From an uncultured Chloroflexota bacterium (GTDB lineage Bacteria; Chloroflexota; Limnocylindria; Limnocylindrales; Limnocylindraceae): a DNA stretch of 64,000 bases. The position numbers and the translations under genes were made by a program. Where the stretch lies: assembly GCA_964430115.1 (NCBI GenBank), contig CAYSEM010000001.1, positions 26,587-90,586 of the forward strand. The letters are read 5' to 3'. Position 1 is the first letter of the stretch, and each line of letters begins with the position of its first letter. This document shows, piece after piece, positions 10,197 through 19,703 of the stretch. The notes beneath the pieces are model-generated. The model worked only from the letters and a program-made list of their open reading frames with translations, made no database searches and was not told the DNA's origin.

Positions 10197-11321
10197 TCAC
10201 GCAGGGCGCCACTGCACCGAGAAGGCTTGCACCTCATCTCGTAGGCTGCTGAGTGCCTCCACGCTCTCCGGAGCGGCACGTCCACCGAAGCGATCGCACG
10301 CATCGCGAAGGAGCGCGGGGATACCTCCAAATGGGATCTCCCCCGCAGCGAATCTGGTGGTGGCGATGTCGTCGGCAACAATGAGCGTCGCTGGCGCCGC
10401 CCCGCCAGCCTCCCCCGCCGCAAGCGCCACCGCAAGTCCAGGGAATCGTTGCAGATCAGGCTCTTCAAAGGTGAGTTCGCGCATGTCAGCAAGGCTGACT
10501 GCGCGGGCTGGATGCTCGCTGCGCTGGGGGTAGTTCATCGCGTAGCTGATTGGCATGCGCATATCTGGGGCACCGATCTGCGCCTTCATCGAACCGTCCG
10601 TAAAGCTTATTGCGCCGTGAAGAAGGCTCTGCGGATGCACCATGATCGAAATCCGATCCATTGGCGCTTCAAAGAGGCGATGCGCCTCAATCACTTCGAG
10701 CCCCTTGTTCACAAGAGATGCCGAGTCAATCGTGATCTTTCCGCCCATCTTCCAGGTCGGATGCTTAAGAGCATCCTCAAATCGCGCGTTCGCAATGCGC
10801 GACGCATCCCACGTTCGAAATGGCCCCCCACTCGCGGTCAGCCAGAAACGCTCCACGCGATCTACTGATTCGCCTGCAAGACACTGCCAGAGGGCCGAGT
10901 GTTCGCTATCTACCGGCCGCAGGCGCTCAAGGATCGACGTGCCACGCTGGGCGGCGGCGCTGCGTGCGGCACCGATCACCAGTTCACCCCCTGCAACGAT
11001 GGTCTCCTTGTTGGCGATCGCAACAGCCACGCCAGCGTGCAGCGCATTAATCGTGGTGTGGATGCCCACAAGCCCTGTTGCAGCAGCAACAACAAGATCT
11101 GGTGCCGCACCCAGGATTGCATCGCTCAGTTCCACCCCACTGAGTCCCACGAGTCGCTTTGCACCTGGGTACTCGGCTGATAGCTCCTGAACTGTGGCGC
11201 TCTCGCGTCCAACCGCGTATGCAACAAGCTCAAAGCGGTCTGGTGCATCACGAAGAACCTGCAGCGTCTGCGCGCCGATAGATCCGGTTGCGCCGATGAT
11301 GGCGACTCGCTGCTTACCCAT
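10197..11321 (-). CDS. dxr: 1-deoxy-D-xylulose 5-phosphate reductoisomerase
   Basis: 374 aa, MGKQRVAIIGATGSIGAQTLQVL... NKETIVAGGELV... is typical Dxr. Confidence 0.93.
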   Translation of the reverse strand: MGKQRVAIIGATGSIGAQTLQVLRDAPDRFELVAYAVGRESATVQELSAEYPGAKRLVGLSGVELSDAILGAAPDLVVAAATGLVGIHTTINALHAGVAVAIANKETIVAGGELVIGAARSAAAQRGTSILERLRPVDSEHSALWQCLAGESVDRVERFWLTASGGPFRTWDASRIANARFEDALKHPTWKMGGKITIDSASLVNKGLEVIEAHRLFEAPMDRISIMVHPQSLLHGAISFTDGSMKAQIGAPDMRMPISYAMNYPQRSEHPARAVSLADMRELTFEEPDLQRFPGLAVALAAGEAGGAAPATLIVADDIATTRFAAGEIPFGGIPALLRDACDRFGGRAAPESVEALSSLRDEVQAFSVQWRPA

Positions 11322-12172
11322 CAGCTGCCAGCAATCAAGATCCGCGCAGCTTCGAGAAGGATCGCCGCAAGAAGCGCCACTGGTGCTGCAAGAAGGAGGC
11401 TATCGATTCGATCCAGCACTCCGCCATGCCCTGGGATCAGAGTTGCGGAGTTCTTGATGCCAGCCGCACGTTTAAAGAGTGACTCGATAAGGTCGCCTGC
11501 CTCAGCGGCAGCGGCGACCAGGAAGCTTGTAGGGATCGCCCAGATCAGCGGGGCATCAAGCCAGCTGACGGCGGCGGCGGCGCCGAGGAGGGTTGCTGTG
11601 AGAAGTCCCCCAACCAGCCCCTCAACACTTTTGCGTGGGGAGATGAGTGGCGCGAGCTTTCGCCTCCCGAAGCGTCGACCAATTAGGTACGCCCCCGTAT
11701 CGGCACTCCACACTACTGCGAGGAGCCACGCGATCCATGGTGCAGGCGTGTCGCCGCGGGCGTAGCCGAAAAGCGGTAAGAGAAGAAGAGGAGAGAGCCA
11801 GACAGCCGTTGCGATCGTACCGAAGAGCGAACGAGCGTATGGCGCAACGCTCCCACGCTTGATACGGAGTGCACGGAAAAGCTGGAGAGCGATCAGTGCG
11901 AGCAGCGTGAGCACCCAGCAGGCGACCGCTTCTATGGGGCCGACGGCGACGAGTGCGGCGAGCGGCAACACGAGGAGAGCCGCGCTCCACCCAGCCGACG
12001 CACCACCCGAGATTGCCCCAACGATCTGCGCGCCTTCGCGCGCCGCGAGCACAATAAGGAGTGCCGTGAGCGGAAGTGTCCCGTATGGCCAGATCAACAG
12101 GCCAGCCGCGAACGGAAGGATGAAGAGCGAACCGATCGCGCGCTCAGCGAGGCTGTTGCGCTGCCGGCTCAT
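11321..12172 (-). CDS. cdsA: phosphatidate cytidylyltransferase
   Basis: 283 aa polytopic membrane protein with the C-terminal CdsA signature SPRKSVEG...PGHGGVLDRIDS. Confidence 0.9.
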   Translation of the reverse strand: MSRQRNSLAERAIGSLFILPFAAGLLIWPYGTLPLTALLIVLAAREGAQIVGAISGGASAGWSAALLVLPLAALVAVGPIEAVACWVLTLLALIALQLFRALRIKRGSVAPYARSLFGTIATAVWLSPLLLLPLFGYARGDTPAPWIAWLLAVVWSADTGAYLIGRRFGRRKLAPLISPRKSVEGLVGGLLTATLLGAAAAVSWLDAPLIWAIPTSFLVAAAAEAGDLIESLFKRAAGIKNSATLIPGHGGVLDRIDSLLLAAPVALLAAILLEAARILIAGS

Positions 12173-12918
12173 CGTCCGAACCGCCGCGTCCTTGCCGCAT
12201 ATGCACGCATCGCTGACTCAAGGTCTGCACCGCTGAAGTCAGGCCAGAGGCCAGGCCACGTCACAAGTTCGGTATACGCGGTCTGCCAGAGGAGGAAGTT
12301 TGAAAGTCGCTCCTCCCCACCGGTTCGAATCAGAAGATCAGGATCAGGAACACCGCTGGTATACAGCGCGGCGCCGATCGTCTCTTCGTCGACCTTTTCG
12401 GCACTGATTCCTGAACGGACAATGGTACGAACTGCATCCACAAGCTCCGTGCGGCCGCCATAGTTAAACGCAACGTGCAGCTGCATGGCACTCCCTGCAG
12501 CGGTCGCGTCACAGGCGCGTTGGATTCGTCGTGCCGCCTCCTCTGGCAGTTCCTCAAGGCGACCGAGGAAATCAACGGCGATGCCATTACTTACGAGCGT
12601 TGCCGTCTCACGTTCAATCGTTTGGGCAAGCAAGGCAAAGAGCTGATTCACCTCACGGTCATCTCGACTCCAGTTCTCCCGACTGAATGCGTAGACGGTG
12701 AGGTGCGCAATGCCAAGTTCCGCGGCACGAGTGATGACGCCTCGCAGCGTTTCGGTCCCAGCGGTATGCCCATCAAGTTCATCGCGCCCCTGTGCTCGGG
12801 CCCAGCGCCGATTTCCGTCCATGATGATGGCGACATGGCGCGGCAGGCCCTGTGCCGCCGGTCCACGGTGGACGAGCGGTGGAGCGTCAACCGGACGATC
12901 GACGCTGCGCTCGGTCAA
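12169..12918 (-). CDS. uppS: ditrans,polycis-undecaprenyl-diphosphate synthase
   Basis: 249 aa with HVAIIMDGNRRWA...LTVYAFSRENWSR, the cis-prenyltransferase motifs. Confidence 0.93.
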   Translation of the reverse strand: MTERSVDRPVDAPPLVHRGPAAQGLPRHVAIIMDGNRRWARAQGRDELDGHTAGTETLRGVITRAAELGIAHLTVYAFSRENWSRDDREVNQLFALLAQTIERETATLVSNGIAVDFLGRLEELPEEAARRIQRACDATAAGSAMQLHVAFNYGGRTELVDAVRTIVRSGISAEKVDEETIGAALYTSGVPDPDLLIRTGGEERLSNFLLWQTAYTELVTWPGLWPDFSGADLESAMRAYAARTRRFGR

Positions 12919-13460
12919 CCTTCGAGAACCTCACGCTCCTTGGAGGAGGCCATGCGGTCGATCTCCGCAATCTTCGCGTCCGTCGCCTTCTGCAAGGCTT
13001 CAAGTTGACGCCTTGAATCATCCTCGCCAATCTCTTTTGACTTCTCGAGCTTCTTGATGGCCTCTTGTCCGTCACGGCGAGCGTTCCGAATCTCGATGCG
13101 TGCCTCTTCGGTCCGCTTCCCCATCTGCTTCACAAGATCCTTGCGGCGCTCCTCCGTCATGGATGGGACTCGAAGCCGAATGATGTTTCCGTCAACCGCC
13201 GGAGTCATTCCGAGCTGGGCGTTATTAAGCGCCTTCTCGATGGCGGGGATTGCTGTTGGATCCCACGGCTGCACAACGAGGAGGGTGTTCTCGGGGACGC
13301 TGATGCCAGCCATCTGATTCAACGGCGTCTTCGCGCCGTAATGGTCAATCGTTATATGTTCAACAAGTGCCGCGCTCGCTCGCCCTGTGCGGAAGCCACC
13401 GAGGTCCTTGCCGAACGCCTCAACAGCTCGGGCCATCCGCTCTTCAACGCTTCCACTCAT
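12915..13460 (-). CDS. frr: ribosome recycling factor
   Basis: 181 aa, a typical RRF sequence across its whole length. Confidence 0.93.
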   Translation of the reverse strand: MSGSVEERMARAVEAFGKDLGGFRTGRASAALVEHITIDHYGAKTPLNQMAGISVPENTLLVVQPWDPTAIPAIEKALNNAQLGMTPAVDGNIIRLRVPSMTEERRKDLVKQMGKRTEEARIEIRNARRDGQEAIKKLEKSKEIGEDDSRRQLEALQKATDAKIAEIDRMASSKEREVLEG

Positions 13461-14191
13461 CGGGTCCCCTCCTTAGAAATCATCGTGCCCACTTCTTCGC
13501 CGCACACTGCCTTCAGCACGTTCTCATGAGTATCAAGGTCAAAGACCACGATAGGAAGGCCATTCTCCATACAGAGTGACACTGCCGCCGCGTCGAGCAC
13601 TTTGAGGCCCTCTACAAGAACTCGGCCATAGCTGATCGCTGGAATCCTGACCGCATCGGCGTGCACGTGGGGATCCTTGTCGTACACTCCGTCAACCTTG
13701 GTTGCCTTGAGCATGACTTGGGCGCCAATTTCAACGGCACGAAGCGCTGCCGCAGTGTCGGTGGTGAAGTACGGGTTGCCGGTTCCAGCAACGAAGACCA
13801 CCACACGACCCTTCTCAATGTGGCGGATTGCACGGCGGCGAATGTACGGCTCAGCGACCTCATTCATCTCAATCGCCGTCATTACGCGCGTCTCAACACC
13901 TGCGCGCTCCAAGCCATCTTGTAGCGCCAACCCGTTCATCACGGTTGCCAGCATGCCGATGTGGTCTGCTGTGGCCCGCTCCATCCCCGTCGCGCTTGAT
14001 GCCGTCATCCCCCGGAAGATGTTGCCTCCACCCACAACAATGCCAACCTCCACGCCCAGAGCGCGGACGCTTTTGACTTGCTCAGCAACGAACGAGAGAA
14101 TCTTTGAATCGACGCCGTACTGCTGATCGCCGAGGAGAGCCTCTCCAGAGAGCTTCAGGAGAATGCGGGAGTAGCGCGGCGTTGGCGTCAT
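13457..14191 (-). CDS. pyrH: UMP kinase
   Basis: Homology starts at [21 protein letters not shown]; the ORF-track start at 14290 adds 33 non-conserved residues. The amino-acid kinase fold motif GGGNIFRG is present. Confidence 0.92.
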   Translation of the reverse strand: MTPTPRYSRILLKLSGEALLGDQQYGVDSKILSFVAEQVKSVRALGVEVGIVVGGGNIFRGMTASSATGMERATADHIGMLATVMNGLALQDGLERAGVETRVMTAIEMNEVAEPYIRRRAIRHIEKGRVVVFVAGTGNPYFTTDTAAALRAVEIGAQVMLKATKVDGVYDKDPHVHADAVRIPAISYGRVLVEGLKVLDAAAVSLCMENGLPIVVFDLDTHENVLKAVCGEEVGTMISKEGTR

Positions 14192-14222
14192 GGCTGTGCC
14201 ACGTGGCTCGCCATGGCGCGAC

Positions 14223-14819
14223 TCAGAGCTCCTCGCCGAGCGCGTAGCGCACGAAGCGACGGACGCGAATGTTCTCGCCGATCGTTGCAATCGCGTTGGT
14301 GATCAACTGGCCAACCGTCTCTTCGCCATCACGGAACGGCTGGTCGAGAAGGCACACCTCTTCGAACCACTTTCGAAGTTGGCCCTCGACTATCTGCGCC
14401 CGAACCGACTCTGGCTTCTTGGCAAGCGCCTCATCAGCTTCCAGTTCCGCGCGCTTTGCGGCTAGCACATCCGCCGGAATCTGCTCCTGGCTGACGTATT
14501 TAGGGCTGAGGCCGGCGATCTGCATGCCGATGTCCTTCACAAGCTTCTGGAACTGTTCGTTACGTGCAACGAAATCTGTTTCGCAGTTGACTTCAAGCAA
14601 GACGCCGACGCGACCACCAGTGTGAATGTAGGAGGAGACGAGCCCCTCACGTGCATCACGCCCAGCCTTCTTTGCAGCGGCGGCGAGCCCTGCCTCTCGA
14701 AGCGTGGTGACAGCCTTTTCAACGTCTCCACCAGCCTCTTCCAGCGCTCGCTTGCAATCCATGAAGCCAGCACCAGTTCGCTCGCGAAGATCCTTTACCG
14801 CTTCTGCGCTAATCGCCAT
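14223..14819 (-). CDS. tsf: elongation factor Ts (short form)
   Basis: 198 aa, [37 protein letters not shown]...[10 protein letters not shown]. Confidence 0.93.
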   Translation of the reverse strand: MAISAEAVKDLRERTGAGFMDCKRALEEAGGDVEKAVTTLREAGLAAAAKKAGRDAREGLVSSYIHTGGRVGVLLEVNCETDFVARNEQFQKLVKDIGMQIAGLSPKYVSQEQIPADVLAAKRAELEADEALAKKPESVRAQIVEGQLRKWFEEVCLLDQPFRDGEETVGQLITNAIATIGENIRVRRFVRYALGEEL

Positions 14820-14845
14820 GAAGTACTCCTCTTCTTCGCTCTGCG

Positions 14846-15721
14846 TTACGCGCTTGGAGTGCTCTCGTCTCGGGCGGCTGCTGGAGCTGGCTCGTCGTCA
14901 GGCGAGAAGCTCAACGTTCCTGCCACACTCAGTGCCGCAACAAGATCGTCCTGTGCATCAGATGCCGCTTGGCTCTCTGGTGCCGCGGCGGCCGCAGCTG
15001 CAGCCTCCTGTGCCTCAAGTTCAGGGAGTCGAGCAGCACGTTCTGCCGCACCCTCAATGACCGCGTCGGCGACCGCCTTGCAGATCAACTTGATGCACTT
15101 AATCGCGTCGTCATTGACTGGAATCGGATACTGCAGTTGATCTGGATTGACATTGGTGTCGGCAGTCCCAACAACCGGGATGCCAAGCTTGTTGGCCTCC
15201 ACAGCGGCGAGGGTTTCGCGGCTCGGGTCAATCACGAACACCATGCCGGGTGCACGGCGCATGCGGCGCATACCGCCAAGAACTCCGCGCAGCTTCTCAA
15301 GCTTGTCGCGTAGCTTCGCCGCCTCCTTCTTTGACATCAGCTCGAATTCGCCAGCCTGTTCGCGTGCCTCGAGCTGCTCGAGAAGGGTCAGGCGCTTCCG
15401 AATCGTGCTGAAGTTCGTGAGCATTCCGCCGAGCCAGCGCTTGATGACGTACGGCTGACCGGCGCGCGTCGCCTCCTCAAGAATGGGGGCCTGCGCCTGC
15501 TTCTTGGTGCCAACGAAGAGGATCGTCTCGCCATTTGCGGCGGCTTCGCGAACTGCAACGAGTGCAGCCTCAAGGTGCTTCGCACTCTTGGCGAGATCAA
15601 GGATATGAATGCCATTTCGCTGGGCATAAATGAAAGGCGCCATCTTTGGATTCCAGCGCCTGGTCTGATGCCCGAAGTGGGCGCCGACCTCCAGAAGTTC
15701 GCGCATCGTAACTGCGGCCAT
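14846..15721 (-). CDS. rpsB: 30S ribosomal protein S2 with Ala/Glu-rich C-terminal extension
   Basis: Homology begins at [27 protein letters not shown]; the six-frame ORF extends to 15760. The acidic C-terminal tail is ...[24 protein letters not shown]... Confidence 0.92.
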   Translation of the reverse strand: MAAVTMRELLEVGAHFGHQTRRWNPKMAPFIYAQRNGIHILDLAKSAKHLEAALVAVREAAANGETILFVGTKKQAQAPILEEATRAGQPYVIKRWLGGMLTNFSTIRKRLTLLEQLEAREQAGEFELMSKKEAAKLRDKLEKLRGVLGGMRRMRRAPGMVFVIDPSRETLAAVEANKLGIPVVGTADTNVNPDQLQYPIPVNDDAIKCIKLICKAVADAVIEGAAERAARLPELEAQEAAAAAAAAPESQAASDAQDDLVAALSVAGTLSFSPDDEPAPAAARDESTPSA

Positions 15722-15823
15722 AGTTCTCCTCATCACGGTTATGCCACCGCGGGACGCCATCGCGACCCCGAGGGGCCACCGTTGCGAGGCGACATGCTCC
15801 GCGTGCGTATTCCCTGACCAAGG

Positions 15824-16222
15824 TCAAGGGCTCCCAACTGGGTGCTGGGTGATCCTACCACCCTCCTCCCACCTCGTCCCCCGCTCGGCCACCCCCCGCA
15901 CGAGGCGAAGGCGGCGTTCCCCAGGTGGTCCAGCAACCAGAAGAAGATCAACGCGAGTCAGCCCGCTGATCGCTTCACGCTGGCGGCGCAGTGCGGCGCG
16001 CTTCCTTTGGCCAAGGATCTCCGTTGGCGTGGCCTCCCTGACTCGTAGCCGAGCACGCACCTCAACCGCCACCAGACGGCCGGTTTCGTCACGCGCAAGG
16101 ATGTCTATCTCTAGCCCTGCGACGCGCAGATTACGCGCCAAGATCTGCCAACCTGCACTTGCGAGCGCAGCTGCCGCCTCTCGCTCTGCGGCTGCTCCGA
16201 TTTGCGCCCGATAGTTCGACAC
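15824..16222 (-). CDS. YraN family (UPF0102) predicted endonuclease
   Basis: 132 aa with the ...GWQILARNLRVAGLEIDILARDETGRLVAVEV... pattern. It lies adjacent to rnhB, as is common. Confidence 0.7.
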   Translation of the reverse strand: MSNYRAQIGAAAEREAAAALASAGWQILARNLRVAGLEIDILARDETGRLVAVEVRARLRVREATPTEILGQRKRAALRRQREAISGLTRVDLLLVAGPPGERRLRLVRGVAERGTRWEEGGRITQHPVGSP

Positions 16223-16263
16223 AGGGAGAGAATCAGCGGTTGGGCGTACCGTCCGCGTATTGG

Positions 16264-16941
16264 CTAGGCGGGGCCTCCGCCGCTTCGGAGGATTTGCGCC
16301 GCAACTGGGGCATACGTTCGTCGGTGATGTGGCGTTACGCCAAGCTGATCAAGAGCGGCAAGATGGAGCGGTGCGGGATATCCGGCATTGGAGTCCCATC
16401 CATAGCCTGGATATCGCTCGGCGAGCCGCACCATCAACTGATCACGAAGCACCTTTGCAACAATGGACGCGCAGGCAATCGAATAGACGCTGGTGTCTCC
16501 CTTGATGATGGTCTCGTGTGGGCCGATGAGCGCACTCAGTTCTTGCGCAGGTGATCCGTCGACAAGCGCGAACTCAACTCGTCGACCGAGGCGGCGTTCA
16601 AGGGCGTGGACCGCCCGTTGCATGGCAAGGTGAGATGCAGCACGGGGATTAAAACGTTCAACCTCTCGCGCCGAAGCGGCACCTAGCCCATAGGCAACCG
16701 CTGCGCGCCGAATGATCGGGTCAAGGTGCTCACGCTGGTTGCGTGACAGAGCTTTAGAGTCACGAACGCCCTTAATGATCTCGCCGTCCGGCATGAGGAT
16801 TGCGCACGCAACAACAGGACCAGCGAGTGGGGCGAGCCCAACTTCGTCAATGCCAATAACGGCACGCGCGGGTGAGCCATGATGAATCTCTCGCTCGCGT
16901 GTTGTTTGTCCGCGGCCACTGCTTGGCCGGGGAGAGGTCAC
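16264..16941 (-). CDS. rnhB: ribonuclease HII
   Basis: 225 aa with IGIDEVGLAPLAGPVV (catalytic DE), DSKALS, VDG and IACASIVAKVLRD motifs. The conserved GRG after DEVG is replaced by GLA here. Confidence 0.9.
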   Translation of the reverse strand: MTSPRPSSGRGQTTREREIHHGSPARAVIGIDEVGLAPLAGPVVACAILMPDGEIIKGVRDSKALSRNQREHLDPIIRRAAVAYGLGAASAREVERFNPRAASHLAMQRAVHALERRLGRRVEFALVDGSPAQELSALIGPHETIIKGDTSVYSIACASIVAKVLRDQLMVRLAERYPGYGWDSNAGYPAPLHLAALDQLGVTPHHRRTYAPVAAQILRSGGGPA

Positions 16942-17498
16942 GCCTTCGCCTGCTCCGAATCGTCTGCCGCGGCTACCGCTGGCTCTTCTGCAGGCGTCTC
17001 TTCAGCAGGCGTCTCTTCAGCGGCGGGTGCGATCTCCGCGGCCACAACAGGTTCAGCCTCTGGTGTTGCCGCTTCTACAGCGGGTGCGACCGGCTCTTCA
17101 ACAGCGGCCTCTACAACCGGCTCAACGTAGTCAGGGTTGAGGATCTCGCCAACCTCCGCGCGCTTTTCGCGGAGCGATGACTGCTTACCGACGCGATCGC
17201 GAAGGAAGTAGAGCTGCGCACGATGCGATACTCCGTGGCGAACGATCTCAATCTTCTCAATGCGAGGGCTGTGCACCTTGAAGGTTCGTTCAACCCCTAC
17301 GCCCGAAGCGATGCGTCGAACGGTGATCGTGAGTCCAAGTCCGCCGCCGCGTAGGCGCATGACCGTCCCCTCAAACACCTGGATGCGCTCACGATTCCCC
17401 TCGACCACCTTCGCCGACACCTTGACGGTGTCGCCGGTCTTGATCGGAGGCAGATCGCGCTTCATCTGCTCGTTCGTGATCGTTCGGATCAAATCCAT
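16938..17498 (-). CDS. rplS: 50S ribosomal protein L19 with about 70-aa Ala/Glu/Pro-rich C-terminal extension
   Basis: 186 aa. The N-terminal ~115 aa (MDLIRTITNEQMKRDLPPIKTGDTVKV...) are canonical L19. The tail is PVVEAAVEEPVAPAVEAATPEAEPVVAAEIAPAAEETPAEETPAEEPAVAAADDSEQAKA. Confidence 0.9.
   Translation of the reverse strand: MDLIRTITNEQMKRDLPPIKTGDTVKVSAKVVEGNRERIQVFEGTVMRLRGGGLGLTITVRRIASGVGVERTFKVHSPRIEKIEIVRHGVSHRAQLYFLRDRVGKQSSLREKRAEVGEILNPDYVEPVVEAAVEEPVAPAVEAATPEAEPVVAAEIAPAAEETPAEETPAEEPAVAAADDSEQAKA
16984..17020. repeat. about 2.5 tandem copies of a 15-nt unit (CAGGCGTCTCTTCAG) inside the rplS tail-coding region, encoding AEETP repeats
   Basis: Direct repeats read at 16991-17005 and 17006-17020 with a partial copy just before them. 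Confidence 0.7.
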
Positions 17499-17573
17499 GG
17501 GTTCTCCGTGTTGGCTCAGCAGGATCCTGCTGGTGCGAGGCGCGAGGATAGCACAGGGGGGCGGACCCCTCCG

Positions 17574-18284
17574 CTACTCGCCCTTCTTGGGCGGCGGTGC
17601 CCCTTCAAGGAGGTCAGGGCGGCGGGCAGCCGTCCGCTGGCGTGCCTGCTCACCCCTCCACGCCGCCACAGCAGCGTGGTTACCCGAGAGGAGAATCTCA
17701 GGGACCGCCACCCCGCGGTACTCGGCTGGGCGCGTGTACTGCGGGTACTCAAGCATGTTCGTTGAGAACGACTCTTCGGCGAGCGATGCGGCATCGATTG
17801 CACCTGGGACAAGGCGGAGGAGCGCGTCACAGAGGACGATGGCGGCAGGCTCGCCGCCGGAGAGGACAAAGTCGCCAATGCTCAGCTCAAGGTCAACGAA
17901 GGCTCGCACGCGCTGGTCAACCCCTTCGTAGCGACCGCAAAGAATGATCAGGTGGCCAGCGCCTGCAAGAGTACGAACGCGTGACTGCTGGAGCCGCTCT
18001 CCGCCAGCATCCAATAGGACTACCGTGCTCCCATCGGTGCGCAGTGCTTCAATCGCGTCAACCAACGGTTCGGGGCGCATCAGCATCCCAGCACCGCCAC
18101 CGTACGGTTCGTCGTCTACCGCACGATGCTTGCCGATCCCCCACTCTCGGAGGTCATGGACGCGTAACGACGCGAGGCCACGTTCAAGGGCACGTGCAGG
18201 GATGCTTGCCGACAGGGCGGCGCGTACCGTCTCAGGGAATAGTGAGACCACATCAATGCGGAGGGCTGGAGTCGGTTCGCTCAT
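17574..18284 (-). CDS. trmD: tRNA (guanine37-N1)-methyltransferase
   Basis: 236 aa of the SPOUT family, with ...RIDVVSLFPE... and ...DDEPYGGGAGMLMRPEP... Confidence 0.93.
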   Translation of the reverse strand: MSEPTPALRIDVVSLFPETVRAALSASIPARALERGLASLRVHDLREWGIGKHRAVDDEPYGGGAGMLMRPEPLVDAIEALRTDGSTVVLLDAGGERLQQSRVRTLAGAGHLIILCGRYEGVDQRVRAFVDLELSIGDFVLSGGEPAAIVLCDALLRLVPGAIDAASLAEESFSTNMLEYPQYTRPAEYRGVAVPEILLSGNHAAVAAWRGEQARQRTAARRPDLLEGAPPPKKGE

Positions 18285-18739
18285 GGCGTTCGCACCGGGT
18301 TCACCGGGCGAGATTGCTTGACTCGCTTCGGCGCTCGTGGAGTGAGGTCTGAACCGGTTAGATCAGCAATGATCACGCCCTCGCGCGGTTTGAAACTGAC
18401 GATGATCGAGGCAACGGCTGGTAGGTCGAGCTCCCCACCATCCGGCGTGCGAAGGATATAGACCTCTGCCCCACCAGCTCGGTAGCAATCGATCACGGTT
18501 CCGATCACCGCACCCTCTCTGTCGCTTACTTGAACGCCAATCACCTCGTCCCAATACACGCGTCCGGGCTCACCCGGGTCTGCAGCGAGAGGGAGCGAGA
18601 GATAACTCCCCATAAGGATTTGTGCGGTACCGCGATCTGGAATCTCAGCGAATCGTGCGAACGCACCAGGCGAAGCTGGGTTCCACTCAGTGAGCGTAAG
18701 TTCTCGATTGCTCTCTTCAACACGAAGCTTTTTCCCCAC
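18281..18739 (-). CDS. rimM: 16S rRNA processing protein RimM (first canonical start; conserved N-terminal coding sequence continues upstream without an ATG/GTG/TTG)
   Basis: The ORF from GTG 18739 encodes the PRC-barrel C-terminal half. The in-frame sequence upstream (to 18829) encodes LRVAQVRGTRGLDGTLRLEILTDHPDERFVV, which aligns to the RimM N-terminal domain (compare B. subtilis [27 protein letters not shown]). Confidence 0.8.
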   Translation of the reverse strand: MGKKLRVEESNRELTLTEWNPASPGAFARFAEIPDRGTAQILMGSYLSLPLAADPGEPGRVYWDEVIGVQVSDREGAVIGTVIDCYRAGGAEVYILRTPDGGELDLPAVASIIVSFKPREGVIIADLTGSDLTPRAPKRVKQSRPVNPVRTP

Positions 18740-18842
18740 GACAAAGCGCTCGTCAGGGTGATCGGTAAGGATCTCAAGGCGGAGTGTGCCGTCAAGCCCG
18801 CGCGTTCCACGAACCTGCGCAACGCGCAGATCGCGAACGGCG

Positions 18843-19076
18843 TCAGCCGATTTCGAGGACGTAGTTCTCTCCGGTCCGATTGGAGATCACCTTGAGCAGG
18901 CTGCGCATTGCTTTGGCGATGCTGCCGTTCCTGCCAATGACGCGACCCATGTCGTCTTCATCGACAATTAGGCGGAGGACAACGGCGTCGCCATCCTCTT
19001 CCACCTCAACGCTCACCCCATCAGGATTATCTGCAAGTGACTTCGCGACGTAGGCAACAAGTTCTGCTGCTGGCAC
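18843..19076 (-). CDS. KH-domain RNA-binding protein (YlqC/UPF0109 family)
   Basis: 77 aa with ...LRLIVDEDDMGRVIGRNGSIAKAMRSLL... (GxxG KH motif). It sits between rpsP and rimM as in many monoderm bacteria. Confidence 0.8.
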   Translation of the reverse strand: MPAAELVAYVAKSLADNPDGVSVEVEEDGDAVVLRLIVDEDDMGRVIGRNGSIAKAMRSLLKVISNRTGENYVLEIG

Positions 19077-19586
19077 TTACGCCTCCCCTGCTTGTGCTTC
19101 GGCTGCTGGCACTTCTGCCGCAATCTCAGCAGTCGGCTCAACCGCTGCTGCTGGAGTGGCATCCGCAACTGCTTCCGCTGCCTCTTCAGTGGCGACCTCT
19201 GCCGCTGCTTCGGCGGCGAGCTCAGTTGGTACTTCTGGTGCTGCTTCCACAACAACCGTTGGCTCTTCGACCACTGGTCGAGTTCCTGGGGCGGTATAGC
19301 CCTTCTCTGCGGCCTTCGGGCCTGTCTTTCCGCCAGCAGATGCTCCGCCAGCGCGTGCCTTAGCAATCAACTTGCCGACAACCTCAGATGGCTGCGCACC
19401 TTTTGAAATCCATGCATCCACCTTCGGTAGATCAAGGACGAGCGTTGCTGGCTCAGTGCGGGGGTTGTAGTGGCCGAGGGTTTCCAGCGAACGCCCATCG
19501 CGCGCGCGGCGCCGATCGGTAGCGACAACTCGATACGACGGCTGTCCTGTTGCCCCTACTCGTGTCAACCTGATTCGAACGCTCAT
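19077..19586 (-). CDS. rpsP: 30S ribosomal protein S16 with about 85-aa Ala/Glu-rich C-terminal extension
   Basis: 169 aa. The N-terminus MSVRIRLTRVGATGQPSYRVVATDRRRARDGRSLETLGHYNP is canonical S16. The low-complexity tail is ...AEAAAEVATEEAAEAVADATPAAAVEPTAEIAAEVPAAEAQAGEA. Confidence 0.9.
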   Translation of the reverse strand: MSVRIRLTRVGATGQPSYRVVATDRRRARDGRSLETLGHYNPRTEPATLVLDLPKVDAWISKGAQPSEVVGKLIAKARAGGASAGGKTGPKAAEKGYTAPGTRPVVEEPTVVVEAAPEVPTELAAEAAAEVATEEAAEAVADATPAAAVEPTAEIAAEVPAAEAQAGEA

Positions 19587-19703
19587 CCGTACATCTTCCT
19601 CCGTGGGCCTGGCGGTCGCCAGGCAAGTAACCCCGAAGCGGTGGGGTGTGTGTCTGGGGATAGTAGCCGCTCAAGGTGACCTGCGCATCAGGGGCGCCGC
19701 CAC

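Noticed and set aside
16975-19330. Short direct repeats in the rplS/rpsP 3' regions, considered as a possible CRISPR or minisatellite
   Set aside because: They are in-frame codon repeats encoding Ala/Glu/Pro tails of ribosomal proteins, with no spacer-repeat periodicity and no cas genes. I recorded them only as a small tandem coding repeat.
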